Shown: positions 38,773 to 47,353, numbered from the stretch's first letter. The stretch: 64,000 nt of DNA from Thermoleophilaceae bacterium (GCA_016929195.1 JAFGJG010000020.1:2722-66721); one strand, 5' to 3'. The notes: generated by a model not told the origin, from the sequence alone. Numbers and translations: made by a program.

Positions 38773-40874
38773 GAGGCGGGAGACAATACGACGGCCACGG
38801 CGTCGTCCTGAAGCGGGTCCTCGGCGGCGCTCATCACCGCCTCCTGGATCGACCTGGCCGCCGCCGTCGCGGACGGGCCCCGAGCGGCCGCGAGCGCGCG
38901 GCGGATGCCGTCGATTCCGAACAGGCCCCCGGCGGTGCGGCGTGCGCTGACGCCGTCCGAGTGGAGCACCAGGCGCTCGCCCGCCTCCAGGCGTCGCTGG
39001 CTGCGGGAGAACCTGCGCTCCCGCTCCCACAGGCCGAGCGGCAGCGAGGAGACGGTGCCCAGCTGCTCGACGGATCCGTCCACACCGACCACGAGCGGCG
39101 GAGGGTGCCCGCAGTTGATCCAGCTGAACGTCGAATAGACCGCGTTCCAGCGCGCCACGACGGCGGTGACGAAGAACTCGGGCCGGGAGACGTCGTACAC
39201 CGCCTGATGCATCTTCGCGCCGGCTTCCTCGAGGGTCGCGTCGCTACGGCGAGCCGCCCGGAGCGCCGCCAGCGCGATGCTTCCGAGAGCGGCCGCCGTG
39301 GCGCCCCTGCCGACGGCGTCGGCAACGGCCAGCCATGCGCCGTCGCGGTTCTCCACGTAGTCGAACCAGTCGCCGCCCACCTCGTAGGCGGGCATCACGC
39401 TGCCCGCGATCTCGCCGCCGCCGACCCGGGCGATCCGCGGCGGCAGGAGGCTCTGCTGCAGCTCGGCCGCCGCCTCGGTCTCCTTGCGCCTCCTGGCTGC
39501 GTCGAAGACGTCCGTGTATCCGGCGGCGAGCTCCATGGCCGCCGCGCCGTGGCGGGCGACGTCGGCGAGGGTGTCCTCGGCGGCGCCGAGCGCGAGCAGG
39601 ATGCCCACGGCCCGGCCGCGCACCCACATCGGGGCGAGCGACGCGCCGGGGAGATCCCGGGCGATCCGCTCCCGTAGCTCCGGCACCCCGTCCTCGGCCA
39701 GCTCGGGCCCGAGCGCGAGCGGCGCGTCGAGCCGCTCCGGGAAGTCGTCCGGCCCGGACAGCCGGAGCAGGTGCGTCCCGTCGATGTCGAGCACGTAGAG
39801 GGCCACGGGGCCGCCCGCGATCCGCCGGGCCTCCGAGGCGAACTGCTCCGGGAAGAGGTGAGGGGGGATCTCGTCGAGGATCCGGGCGATGTCCACCGGC
39901 ACGGGGCGGGTGCGCCCGAGGCGTCCCGGCGGCCGGAGGCGCTCGAGCTCCCATCCGCGCTGGGCGGTCACGTCGTAGAGGACGCCGAGGTAGCCGTAGG
40001 GCAGCCCGCCCCGCGGCTCGCGCAGCGGGAGCGCGAACCCCTCGATCCACGCCACCGTCCCGTCGCCGCGCACGTGCCCGCGCACCGCGCTCTGCTCGTC
40101 ACCCGTCCGCACGGAGGCCGCCAGCGGATGCGCGCCCACGGGCGCCGGCGACTCGTCCTCGTAGAGCAGCCGGAGTGGGAGCTCGGACACGCGCTCACCC
40201 ACGGCCGGCTCCGCCGGTGCGAGCATCTCGCTCGCGCGCGGGTTGAGTGAGAGGACCGCGCCGTCGGCGTCCAGCACGATGATCCCCTGGTCGAGGGGCT
40301 CCGTCAGCCGGTCGAACAGCGCCCGCGCCGCGGCGGGCGGGTCGGTCGGCTCGCGGGCACCCGTCGCGAGGCAGGCGTGCACGAGCTGGTTGGACGCCTG
40401 CTCGAGCCACTCGCGCGGCGGCCGCGGAGCGATCTCGGCCGCGGTGGCGACCCGGTCGAGCACCGGCAGGGCGAGCCTGGCCGAGTCGTCGCTCACCTGC
40501 TCGAGCGCCTCCTGTCCGAGCCGGCCCAGCCGGCGCTCGGCGCCGAGCAGGACGAGCCGCTTGACGAACCCGCTGACAACGGCCAGCGGTGGGCGGTCCT
40601 CGTCAGCCGTGGCCATCCGCGCCTCGCGCGAGGCCAGCGCCGCGGCCTGCTCACGCAGCTCGGCCTCGAGTCCCTCGCGCGTGGAGAAGTGCCGGTAGAG
40701 GGTCGAGCGGCTCACGCCGGCCTCGGCCGCCAGCCGGCGCATGTTGATCCGCCCGTCGCGGGCGAGCTGGGCCGCCGCCGCGGACAGGATCAGGGCGCGG
40801 TTCGCCTCCTGATCCGAGCGCGGGCCGCGTCCTGACACAGATGCCCCCGATCGCTCAGACACGGTGTCCGACAT
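38769..40874 (-). CDS. TetR-type HTH / PAS / GAF-like / PP2C (SpoIIE) phosphatase fusion protein
   Basis: ATG at 40874. TetR HTH MRRLAAEAGVSRSTLYRHF. PAS segment (IIVLDADGAVLSLNPRASEML). SpoIIE motifs GGDWFDY, AVADAVGRG, LVLHSDGV, DDAVAVVL. Confidence 0.85.
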   Translation of the reverse strand: MSDTVSERSGASVSGRGPRSDQEANRALILSAAAAQLARDGRINMRRLAAEAGVSRSTLYRHFSTREGLEAELREQAAALASREARMATADEDRPPLAVVSGFVKRLVLLGAERRLGRLGQEALEQVSDDSARLALPVLDRVATAAEIAPRPPREWLEQASNQLVHACLATGAREPTDPPAAARALFDRLTEPLDQGIIVLDADGAVLSLNPRASEMLAPAEPAVGERVSELPLRLLYEDESPAPVGAHPLAASVRTGDEQSAVRGHVRGDGTVAWIEGFALPLREPRGGLPYGYLGVLYDVTAQRGWELERLRPPGRLGRTRPVPVDIARILDEIPPHLFPEQFASEARRIAGGPVALYVLDIDGTHLLRLSGPDDFPERLDAPLALGPELAEDGVPELRERIARDLPGASLAPMWVRGRAVGILLALGAAEDTLADVARHGAAAMELAAGYTDVFDAARRRKETEAAAELQQSLLPPRIARVGGGEIAGSVMPAYEVGGDWFDYVENRDGAWLAVADAVGRGATAAALGSIALAALRAARRSDATLEEAGAKMHQAVYDVSRPEFFVTAVVARWNAVYSTFSWINCGHPPPLVVGVDGSVEQLGTVSSLPLGLWERERRFSRSQRRLEAGERLVLHSDGVSARRTAGGLFGIDGIRRALAAARGPSATAAARSIQEAVMSAAEDPLQDDAVAVVLSPAS

Positions 40875-40963
40875 AAGCGCTCCCTTACCCGCTTCACGGA
40901 TTGACACTCGCCAGGGCGGGCAGGCGAGACAGACCGCAAGTCTGAAAAACGGAGGAGGCATTC

Positions 40964-41521
40964 ATGGAAGGGACGGTCGAAACCCGGCCGCAGAGCGAGA
41001 CCGGGGGACAGGACACGAAGGAGCAGGCGAAGGAGCAGGTCCAGGAGAAGGCGCAGCAGGTCGCCGATCGCGCGCAGGAGGGCATGGGCCAGGCGCGCGA
41101 GCAGGTCCGGCGCCAGGTGGACGAGCGCTCCACGCAGGCCGGGCAGCAGGTGCGCTCGGCGGCCGGCGACGCCCGCTCGGTGGCGGAACAGCTCCGCTCG
41201 CAGGGCAGGGATCAGCCGGCGCGCGTGGCCGAGCAGGCCGCGGACCGGGCGGAGCGGCTCGGCGGCTACCTGGAGCGGGCGAGTGGCGAGGACATCCTGC
41301 GCGACGTCGAGGACTACGCCCGCCGCAACCCATGGGCCGTGGTGGCCGGCGGAGTCGCGCTCGGCTTCACGCTCTCGCGGATGTTGAAGGCGTCGAGCGG
41401 CGAGCGCTATCGCCAGGGCTCGCAGCAGGAGCCGGCCCGGCTCCCCGGGCCTCCGGCAGGCGCCGGCAACGGCGCCGGCGGCACGGTGGAGACCACGGCA
41501 TCGGCCGTCCCGGGACGATGA
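40964..41521 (+). CDS. DUF883/ElaB-YqjD-like tail-anchored stress protein
   Basis: Gln/Arg/Ala-rich helical N-terminal region. C-terminal DYARRNPWAVVAGGVALGFTLSRML anchor. Confidence 0.7.
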   Translation: MEGTVETRPQSETGGQDTKEQAKEQVQEKAQQVADRAQEGMGQAREQVRRQVDERSTQAGQQVRSAAGDARSVAEQLRSQGRDQPARVAEQAADRAERLGGYLERASGEDILRDVEDYARRNPWAVVAGGVALGFTLSRMLKASSGERYRQGSQQEPARLPGPPAGAGNGAGGTVETTASAVPGR

Positions 41522-41937
41522 CCGCCTCGCAGGAGAACCCGCTCCGCGACCGGCCCACGGGAGAGCTTCTGAAGGAGCTCTCCGATCAGAGCACGACGCT
41601 GATCAAGCAGGAGGTCGAGCTCGCGAAGGCGGAGCTCCAGGCCAAGGGCAAGCAGGCCGGGGTGGGCGCCGGGATGTTCGGCGGTGCCGGGGTGTTCGGC
41701 ATCGGCGCGTTCGCGGCCCTGACCACGGCCGTGATCGCCGTGCTCGCCACGGCGACCGACACGTGGCTGGCGGCGCTGATCGTCGCCGTCGTCTACGGCG
41801 CCGTGGCCGGGGCCCTGGCGATGCAAGGCAAGAGCAAGGTGCAAGAGGCCGTTCCGCCGGTGCCGGAAGAGGCCATGGACAGCGTTAAGGAGGATGTGGA
41901 ATGGGCCAAGACCCGAGCCAGATCAGGCAGGACATAG
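41518..41937 (+). CDS. phage-holin-family (actinobacterial Holin-X-like) membrane protein
   Basis: ATGA overlap with the previous gene. LIKQEVELAKAEL followed by two TM helices. Confidence 0.75.
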   Translation: MTASQENPLRDRPTGELLKELSDQSTTLIKQEVELAKAELQAKGKQAGVGAGMFGGAGVFGIGAFAALTTAVIAVLATATDTWLAALIVAVVYGAVAGALAMQGKSKVQEAVPPVPEEAMDSVKEDVEWAKTRARSGRT

Positions 41938-42389
41938 AGGAGACGCGCGGGCGCCTGGGCGACACCGCCGAGGCCCTCGGGCACAAGACGGACGTGACCG
42001 GCCGCGCCAAGGAGGCCATCTCCGGCAAGGTCGACTCCGTCCGCGAGAAGGTATCCGGCGCCACACCCGACTCGGGCGAGGTGAAGGAGGGCGCTCGCAA
42101 CGCTGCGGGCGTCGCGAAGGAGAACCCCCTCGGCCTGGCCATCGGAGGCGTGGCGGTGGGGTTCATCGCCGGCATGCTCGTGCCCGCCACCAAGGTGGAG
42201 AACGAGCGCATCGGCCCGATCGCCGATCAGGTCAAGGAGAAGGCCCGGGAGACCGGCCAGGAGGCCATCGAGGGCGCGAAGGAAGTGGCGAGCCAGGCTG
42301 CCGAGACCGCCAAGGAGGCGGGTCGCGAGAAGGCCGAGGAGGTCCGGGACAGCGCCCAGGAGAAGGCCGGAGAGGCCGCGCGGGCGTGA
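41901..42389 (+). CDS. DUF3618 domain-containing protein
   Basis: N-terminus DPSQIRQDIEETRGRLGDTAEAL, a central TM helix, and a Lys/Glu/Ala-rich tail. Overlaps the preceding gene by 37 nt out of frame. Confidence 0.75.
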   Translation: MGQDPSQIRQDIEETRGRLGDTAEALGHKTDVTGRAKEAISGKVDSVREKVSGATPDSGEVKEGARNAAGVAKENPLGLAIGGVAVGFIAGMLVPATKVENERIGPIADQVKEKARETGQEAIEGAKEVASQAAETAKEAGREKAEEVRDSAQEKAGEAARA

Positions 42390-43375
42390 GCGAGCAGACG
42401 GTGGACAGCGAGAAGCGCATGGGGCGCCGGCCGGAGGGGCCGGCGCACCCGCGCAAGGGTGGCGTGGTCCAGACGGTCAAGCGGACCGTCACGGAGTTCC
42501 AGGAGGACAACCTCACCGACTGGGCCGCGGCGCTGACCTACTACTCGGTGCTGTCGATCTTCCCGGCGTTGATAGCGCTGGTCTCGATCGTCGGGCTCGT
42601 CGGAGATCCGAAGACCGTGACCGATTCGCTGACCGACGTGGTCACGACCATCGGGCCGTCCTCGGCGGCGGAGACCTTCAAGGGCCCGATCGAGGAGCTG
42701 ACCCGCAGCTCGGGCACGGCCGGGATCCTGCTGATCGTCGGCATCGCGTCCGCGCTGTGGACCGCGTCGGGATACGTCGGGGCCTTCATGCGCGCATCGA
42801 ACTCGATCTACGAGGTCGAGGAGGGCCGCTCGTTCATCAAGCTGCGGCCGCTCCAGATGCTCGTGACGCTGGTGCTGATCCTGATGCTGGCACTGGTGCT
42901 CGTGGCCCTCGTCGTCACAGGCCCGGTGGCCCAGAAGGTCGGCGAATCGCTGGGCGTCGGCGACGCGGCGGTGCAGATCTGGGACATCGCCAAGTGGCCG
43001 GTGCTCGCGATCGTCGTGCTGTTCATGTTCGCGGTCCTCTACTACTCGGCGCCGAACGCGAAGCTCCGCGGGTTCAAGTGGGTCACGCCGGGGAGCCTGC
43101 TGGCGATCGTCGTGTGGCTGCTCGCCTCCGCGGCGTTCGCGTTCTACGTCGCGAACTTCGGTTCCTACAACAAGACCTACGGCGCCCTCGGCGGGGTGAT
43201 CGTCTTCCTTGTTTGGATGTGGCTCACGAACGTGGCCATCCTCCTCGGAGCCGAGCTGAACGCCGAGCACGAGCGCTCGCTCGAGATCAAGGAGGGCGTG
43301 CCCGGAGCCGAGCGCGAGATCCAGCTCGAGCCGCGCTCCGAGCCGAAGGACGCCAAGCGGGCGAGGACGGCGTAG
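42386..43375 (+). CDS. YihY/BrkB family membrane protein
   Basis: GTGA overlap with the previous gene. Motifs AAALTYYSVLSIFPAL and YGALGGVIVFLVWMWL. Confidence 0.85.
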   Translation: MSEQTVDSEKRMGRRPEGPAHPRKGGVVQTVKRTVTEFQEDNLTDWAAALTYYSVLSIFPALIALVSIVGLVGDPKTVTDSLTDVVTTIGPSSAAETFKGPIEELTRSSGTAGILLIVGIASALWTASGYVGAFMRASNSIYEVEEGRSFIKLRPLQMLVTLVLILMLALVLVALVVTGPVAQKVGESLGVGDAAVQIWDIAKWPVLAIVVLFMFAVLYYSAPNAKLRGFKWVTPGSLLAIVVWLLASAAFAFYVANFGSYNKTYGALGGVIVFLVWMWLTNVAILLGAELNAEHERSLEIKEGVPGAEREIQLEPRSEPKDAKRARTA

Positions 43376-43609
43376 ATGGCCGAGGAGCGGACAGCTCGCG
43401 GAACGATGATCCCGGCGCGCGGCCGCCGCAGGTTCAGGGCCGAGTCGGTCCTGATGCGGCTGGTCGCGACCGCCGGGATCGTGGCCCTCGGCGTCCTGCT
43501 CGGGGCGATCCTCGTCTCGGCGGACGTCCAGGGCTGGATCGTCGGGCTCGTGGTCGCGCTGATCAGCGTGGTGCTGGCCGGCGTGCTCTGGTCCTCACGT
43601 CAGCTCTGA
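43376..43609 (+). CDS. small two-TM membrane protein
   Basis: 77 aa. The ATG immediately follows the YihY stop. Two hydrophobic helices after an Arg-rich N-terminus. Confidence 0.5.
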   Translation: MAEERTARGTMIPARGRRRFRAESVLMRLVATAGIVALGVLLGAILVSADVQGWIVGLVVALISVVLAGVLWSSRQL

Positions 43610-45306
43610 CCGGAGGCGGCTGACTCGCGGTCGGACGAGAGCAGCGTCTCGTGGACCTGCTTGATGACCGCCGAGCCGTCGCCGACTGCGGCGGCCACGC
43701 GCGCGATCGAGGCCTGGTTCAGGTCGCCGACCGCGAAGACGCCGGGGAGTGAGGTCTCCCACACGCGCGGCTGGCGCTCGAGCGGCCAGCCGTCGGCCGG
43801 CGACAGGTCGACGTCGGTCGGCACGTAGCCGTAGTCGTCGCGGGCGATCGAGTCCGGCAGCCAGTCGCTGTTCGGCCGCGCGCCGATCAGGACGAACAGG
43901 GCGCGGGCGGGGACGGTCTCCGTCTCGCCGGTCTTCCGGTCGCGCAGCGTCAGGGTCTCGAGCCGCGCCTCGCCGCCGCCGTCGATCACCTCGGTGCAGC
44001 GCCGCAGCTCCACGTTCTCGGTCGCCTCGAGCTGGCCGCGCAGGTACTGGGACATGCTGTCCGCGAGCGTCTCCCCTCGCACAAGGATCGTCACCTTGCG
44101 GGCGTAGCGGGAGAGGTGCATCGCGGCCTGGCCCGCCGAGTTGCCGCCGCCGAGCACGAACACGTCGCCGCCGGCCGACGCGGCGGCCTCCGGCCCCGAC
44201 CCCACGTAGTAGACGCCCGACCCGACCAGGTCCTCGAGCGCGGGGATGCCGAGCCGCCGGTACGCGGCGCCGGTGGCGAGCACGACCGTGCGGCCATGGA
44301 CCTCGGCGCCGCCCACGAGCGTGAGCACGTGGCAGTCCGGCTCCGTCCGGAGCGAGGCGACCTCGGACATCAGCAGGAAGCGCGACCCGAACACCCAGGC
44401 CTGCTGATAGGCGCGCTGGGCGAGGTCCGCGCCGCCGACGCCGCGCTGGAAGCCCAGGTAGTTGCGGATCAGCGAGCTCGACCCGGCCTGCCCTCCGATC
44501 GACTCCTTCTCGATGGTCAGCACCGACAGGCCCTCCGACGACGCGTAGACCGATGCGGCGAGCCCCGCCGGGCCGGCGCCGACGACGATCACGTCGAACA
44601 GCTCGTCCGGGTCGCCGAGCTCGGTGTTGACGCCGTAGCCGGCGGCCAGCTCCGCGTTCGTGGGGTCGGCGAGCGAGCGACCGTCGAGGAAGACGACGAC
44701 CGGCCTGCGCTCGCCGGGGTGCCCCGCCTCCTCGAGCAGCTCGCGGCCGCGCTCCGAGTCGGTGGGGTGGTAGCTGTGCGCCATCCCGTTGCGGGCGAGC
44801 AGGCTGCGCAGGTCGTGCACGCGCGCCTGCCACGGCTCGCCGATGACCGCTATCTCGGTCGGGAGGCTCGAGCGCGCGCGGGTCCACTCCAGGAGGAACT
44901 CGGTGACGACCCGGTGGAAGTGCTCGTCCGGGTTCCGCCAGGGCTTCGGGATGTAGTAGTCGATCTCGCCGCGGCCCATGCAGTCGACGATCGCCTTGGT
45001 GGTCTTGCTCTGCCCCCACGCCCCCCACTCGATCAGGAGCGCGCGGCGCGAGTGGGGGTGGATCGCACCGACCCGGGCGAGCAGCTCAGCGCCGTTCAGG
45101 CCGGACGTCCAGAGCGCCGCGAGCACCAGCGCGACCGGCGTCTCGCTCCCGCGCAGCTCGTCGAGATGCGCGAGCGCCGCGCTGCACGACGCCTGGACCA
45201 CGATCTCGTAGTCGCTCGAGTAGCGCCGCCGGAGGTGCTCCTCGACCATCGCGAGCGCCGCCGGATCGTCGTCGACAGCGAGGATCACGGGCTTGCGATC
45301 GGCCAT
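43600..45306 (-). CDS. receiver(REC)-like domain / Grx-like linker / thioredoxin-reductase-like FAD oxidoreductase fusion
   Basis: 568 aa. REC N-terminus ILAVDDDP. FAD motif [20 protein letters not shown](P) motif [20 protein letters not shown]. No CxxC at the TrxR active-site position (GVYYVGSGPE). The expected phospho-acceptor position reads LVLAALW. Confidence 0.9.
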   Translation of the reverse strand: MADRKPVILAVDDDPAALAMVEEHLRRRYSSDYEIVVQASCSAALAHLDELRGSETPVALVLAALWTSGLNGAELLARVGAIHPHSRRALLIEWGAWGQSKTTKAIVDCMGRGEIDYYIPKPWRNPDEHFHRVVTEFLLEWTRARSSLPTEIAVIGEPWQARVHDLRSLLARNGMAHSYHPTDSERGRELLEEAGHPGERRPVVVFLDGRSLADPTNAELAAGYGVNTELGDPDELFDVIVVGAGPAGLAASVYASSEGLSVLTIEKESIGGQAGSSSLIRNYLGFQRGVGGADLAQRAYQQAWVFGSRFLLMSEVASLRTEPDCHVLTLVGGAEVHGRTVVLATGAAYRRLGIPALEDLVGSGVYYVGSGPEAAASAGGDVFVLGGGNSAGQAAMHLSRYARKVTILVRGETLADSMSQYLRGQLEATENVELRRCTEVIDGGGEARLETLTLRDRKTGETETVPARALFVLIGARPNSDWLPDSIARDDYGYVPTDVDLSPADGWPLERQPRVWETSLPGVFAVGDLNQASIARVAAAVGDGSAVIKQVHETLLSSDRESAASGQS

Positions 45307-45379
45307 CCGCCGATGATATCCGGGGTCTGCCCGGTGCTAGATTCGACCCGGGCGGCCGGCCTCTACGGCCGCCCACCTT

Positions 45380-45453
45380 GGTGGGCGTAGCTCAGTTGGT
45401 AGAGCTCCTGGTTGTGGTCCAGGCGGTCGCGGGTTCGAGTCCCGTCGCTCACC
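45380..45453 (+). tRNA. tRNA-His (anticodon GTG) with encoded G-1
   Basis: G-1 plus acceptor GTGGGCG/CGCTCAC (one G-T pair), D arm GCTC-AGTTGGTA-GAGC, anticodon arm CCTGG-TTGTGGT-CCAGG, T loop TTCGAGT, discriminator C. Confidence 0.9.
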
Positions 45454-45509
45454 CTCAAGGGCTGCGAACCGTCGCGCTGCGGCGTCTTCGGTCGCTCGGT
45501 TCTCACGCT

Positions 45510-45541
45510 GATGGGTGAGCGACCGAGGTCGCCCACCCATC
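45510..45541 (-). terminator. 13-15 bp hairpin downstream of the hydrolase gene; its stem copies the tRNA-His acceptor stem
   Basis: GATGGGTGAGCGACC-GA-GGTCGCCCACCCATC. On the minus-strand transcript the single mismatch becomes a G-U pair. Lies 23 nt after the stop at 45564. Confidence 0.5.
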
Positions 45542-45563
45542 AATCGAGCTCAGGGCACGGGGG

Positions 45564-46391
45564 TCACCGCTTGACGGCCTTGAGCACCAGCTTCGTGACC
45601 TGCCGGGGCTTGGACACGTGCACGGCGTGCGAGGCGCCCTTGGCCACGACGGTCCTCGCGCCCATGCGCTTCGCCATGAACTTCTCCAGGCCCGCGCCGA
45701 TCGCCCGATCCTTGCCGGCGACCATGTACCACGACGGGATCGTCTTCCAGGCGGGCTCGCCCGACGGCTCGCCGAGGACGGAGAGAGCGACGGGCCGTTG
45801 CGTCGCTGCCAGGAGCGCGGCCTTTGCGCGCGGAAGGTCGGCAGCGAAGATCCCGCGGAACAGGGACGGCTTGATGAACCCCTCGGGCGCGGTGGTCCTG
45901 CCGTCCGGCAGTAGGTAGGGCCGGATGTCGAGCGTTGCCGGACTGACCATCCCGCCGGACACCTTCGCCTGCAGCTGCTCGAGGTTCTCTCCAGCCTCGG
46001 GCGCGAAGGCGGCGATGTAGACGAGGGACTTGACGTTCGGGTTGCCCGTCGCGGCGTTCGTGATCACCGCCCCGCCGTACGAGTGGCCGACGAGCACGAT
46101 CGGGCCGCGAATCGTCGACAGGAACAGGCGCAGGTCGCCGGAGTCGGACGACACGCCGCGCAAGGGGTTGGAGAAGGCGATGGTCGGATAGCCCCTGCGC
46201 CTGAGCGCTCCCATCTCCGGCAGCCAGCCCGAGGAATCGGCAAAGGCACCGTGTACGAACACGACCGTGGGCCTCGGGGCGGCCGACGCGGGCGCCGGGG
46301 CGGCGAGCGTCAGCAGCAGAGCCGCGGCGGCGATCGCCCCGGAGAGCCACAAGCGCGTGGAGCCGCGCGGCGCGGTGAGGAAGGTGGACAT
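45564..46391 (-). CDS. secreted alpha/beta hydrolase
   Basis: Signal peptide ...LLLTLAAPAPASAAP. VFVHGAF and nucleophile elbow GHSYGG. Paralog of 46619..47353. Confidence 0.85.
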   Translation of the reverse strand: MSTFLTAPRGSTRLWLSGAIAAAALLLTLAAPAPASAAPRPTVVFVHGAFADSSGWLPEMGALRRRGYPTIAFSNPLRGVSSDSGDLRLFLSTIRGPIVLVGHSYGGAVITNAATGNPNVKSLVYIAAFAPEAGENLEQLQAKVSGGMVSPATLDIRPYLLPDGRTTAPEGFIKPSLFRGIFAADLPRAKAALLAATQRPVALSVLGEPSGEPAWKTIPSWYMVAGKDRAIGAGLEKFMAKRMGARTVVAKGASHAVHVSKPRQVTKLVLKAVKR

Positions 46392-46523
46392 TGGAGCCTC
46401 CTGTGGATGGGTGTGCCGCCGCGGATCGGGCGGCGGACCGAACGTATGGCCCGCTCGACCGCGCGGCTTCGGTCAGGTGACGTCGAGTTGTCGCTCCTCA
46501 GGCATCGGCCTCCGTCGCCACGG

Positions 46524-46582
46524 CTGCCGCGACCACACCGTCATCTGACGGTCGCGACGGCTGGCGCCGCGACCGTACCGTC
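46524..46582. repeat. direct repeat pair with a central palindrome in a divergent intergenic region
   Basis: GCCGCGACC-ACA-CCGTC (46526..46542) and GCCGCGACC-GTA-CCGTC (46566..46582), 40 nt apart. CCGTCA-TC-TGACGG palindrome at 46538..46551. Confidence 0.35.
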
Positions 46583-46618
46583 GCCGGTGTCCACGACCAG
46601 AAGGAAGGAAGCAACCGA

Positions 46619-47353
46619 ATGAACTCGCAGAACGAAGCCAGCGTCGTGCTCGTGCACGGTGCCTTTGCCGACGGTTCCTCGTGGGAGGCTGTGATCGCCG
46701 AGTTGCAGCGCGCGGACATACCCGTCACTGCGCCGGCGAATCCACTTCGAGGGGTCGAGCACGACGGCGCGTACATCGCGAGCGTCGCAGGCGAGATCGA
46801 CGGCCCGGTGATCCTTGTCGGCCATTCCTACGGCGGAGTGGTGATCACCCAAGCCGCAGACCGTGCTTCCAACGTCGTCGGACTCGTCTACGTCGCCGCG
46901 TTTGCACTCGACGCCGGGGAGCGCCCGCTCGACGTCATCACCCGGTTCCCGGAGGCCGCAATCGGATCAGCCCTGCGGCCCGCCACGCGGCCGGGCATGG
47001 GCGGCGAGCCGCAGGTCGAGCTGTCCATCGAGCCCGCGCAGTTTCCGAACGTCTTCGGCGCCGACCTTCCGGCGGACAGGACCTCGGTCGGCGCGGTGTC
47101 GCAGCGCCCGGTCGTGGCCTCCGTGTTCGAGGAGGTCTCTCCGGCCGCTGCTTGGAAGCGCCTCCCGTCCTGGTACGTCGTGAGCGGTGAGGATCATGCA
47201 ATCCACCCGGACGCACAGCGCTTCATGGCCAGGCGAGCCGAGGCCACGACGATCGAGACGGATGGCTCCCACTCCGTCGCGCTCTCGCGCCCGGAGGCCG
47301 TCGTGGACGCGATCCGGGCGGCGGTAGCCGTAGTGGTTCCGCAGGCGGTGTGA
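46619..47353 (+). CDS. alpha/beta hydrolase (cytoplasmic paralog)
   Basis: 244 aa. VLVHGAFADGSSW and GHSYGG. Collinear with 45564..46391 but lacks a signal peptide. Confidence 0.85.
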   Translation: MNSQNEASVVLVHGAFADGSSWEAVIAELQRADIPVTAPANPLRGVEHDGAYIASVAGEIDGPVILVGHSYGGVVITQAADRASNVVGLVYVAAFALDAGERPLDVITRFPEAAIGSALRPATRPGMGGEPQVELSIEPAQFPNVFGADLPADRTSVGAVSQRPVVASVFEEVSPAAAWKRLPSWYVVSGEDHAIHPDAQRFMARRAEATTIETDGSHSVALSRPEAVVDAIRAAVAVVVPQAV

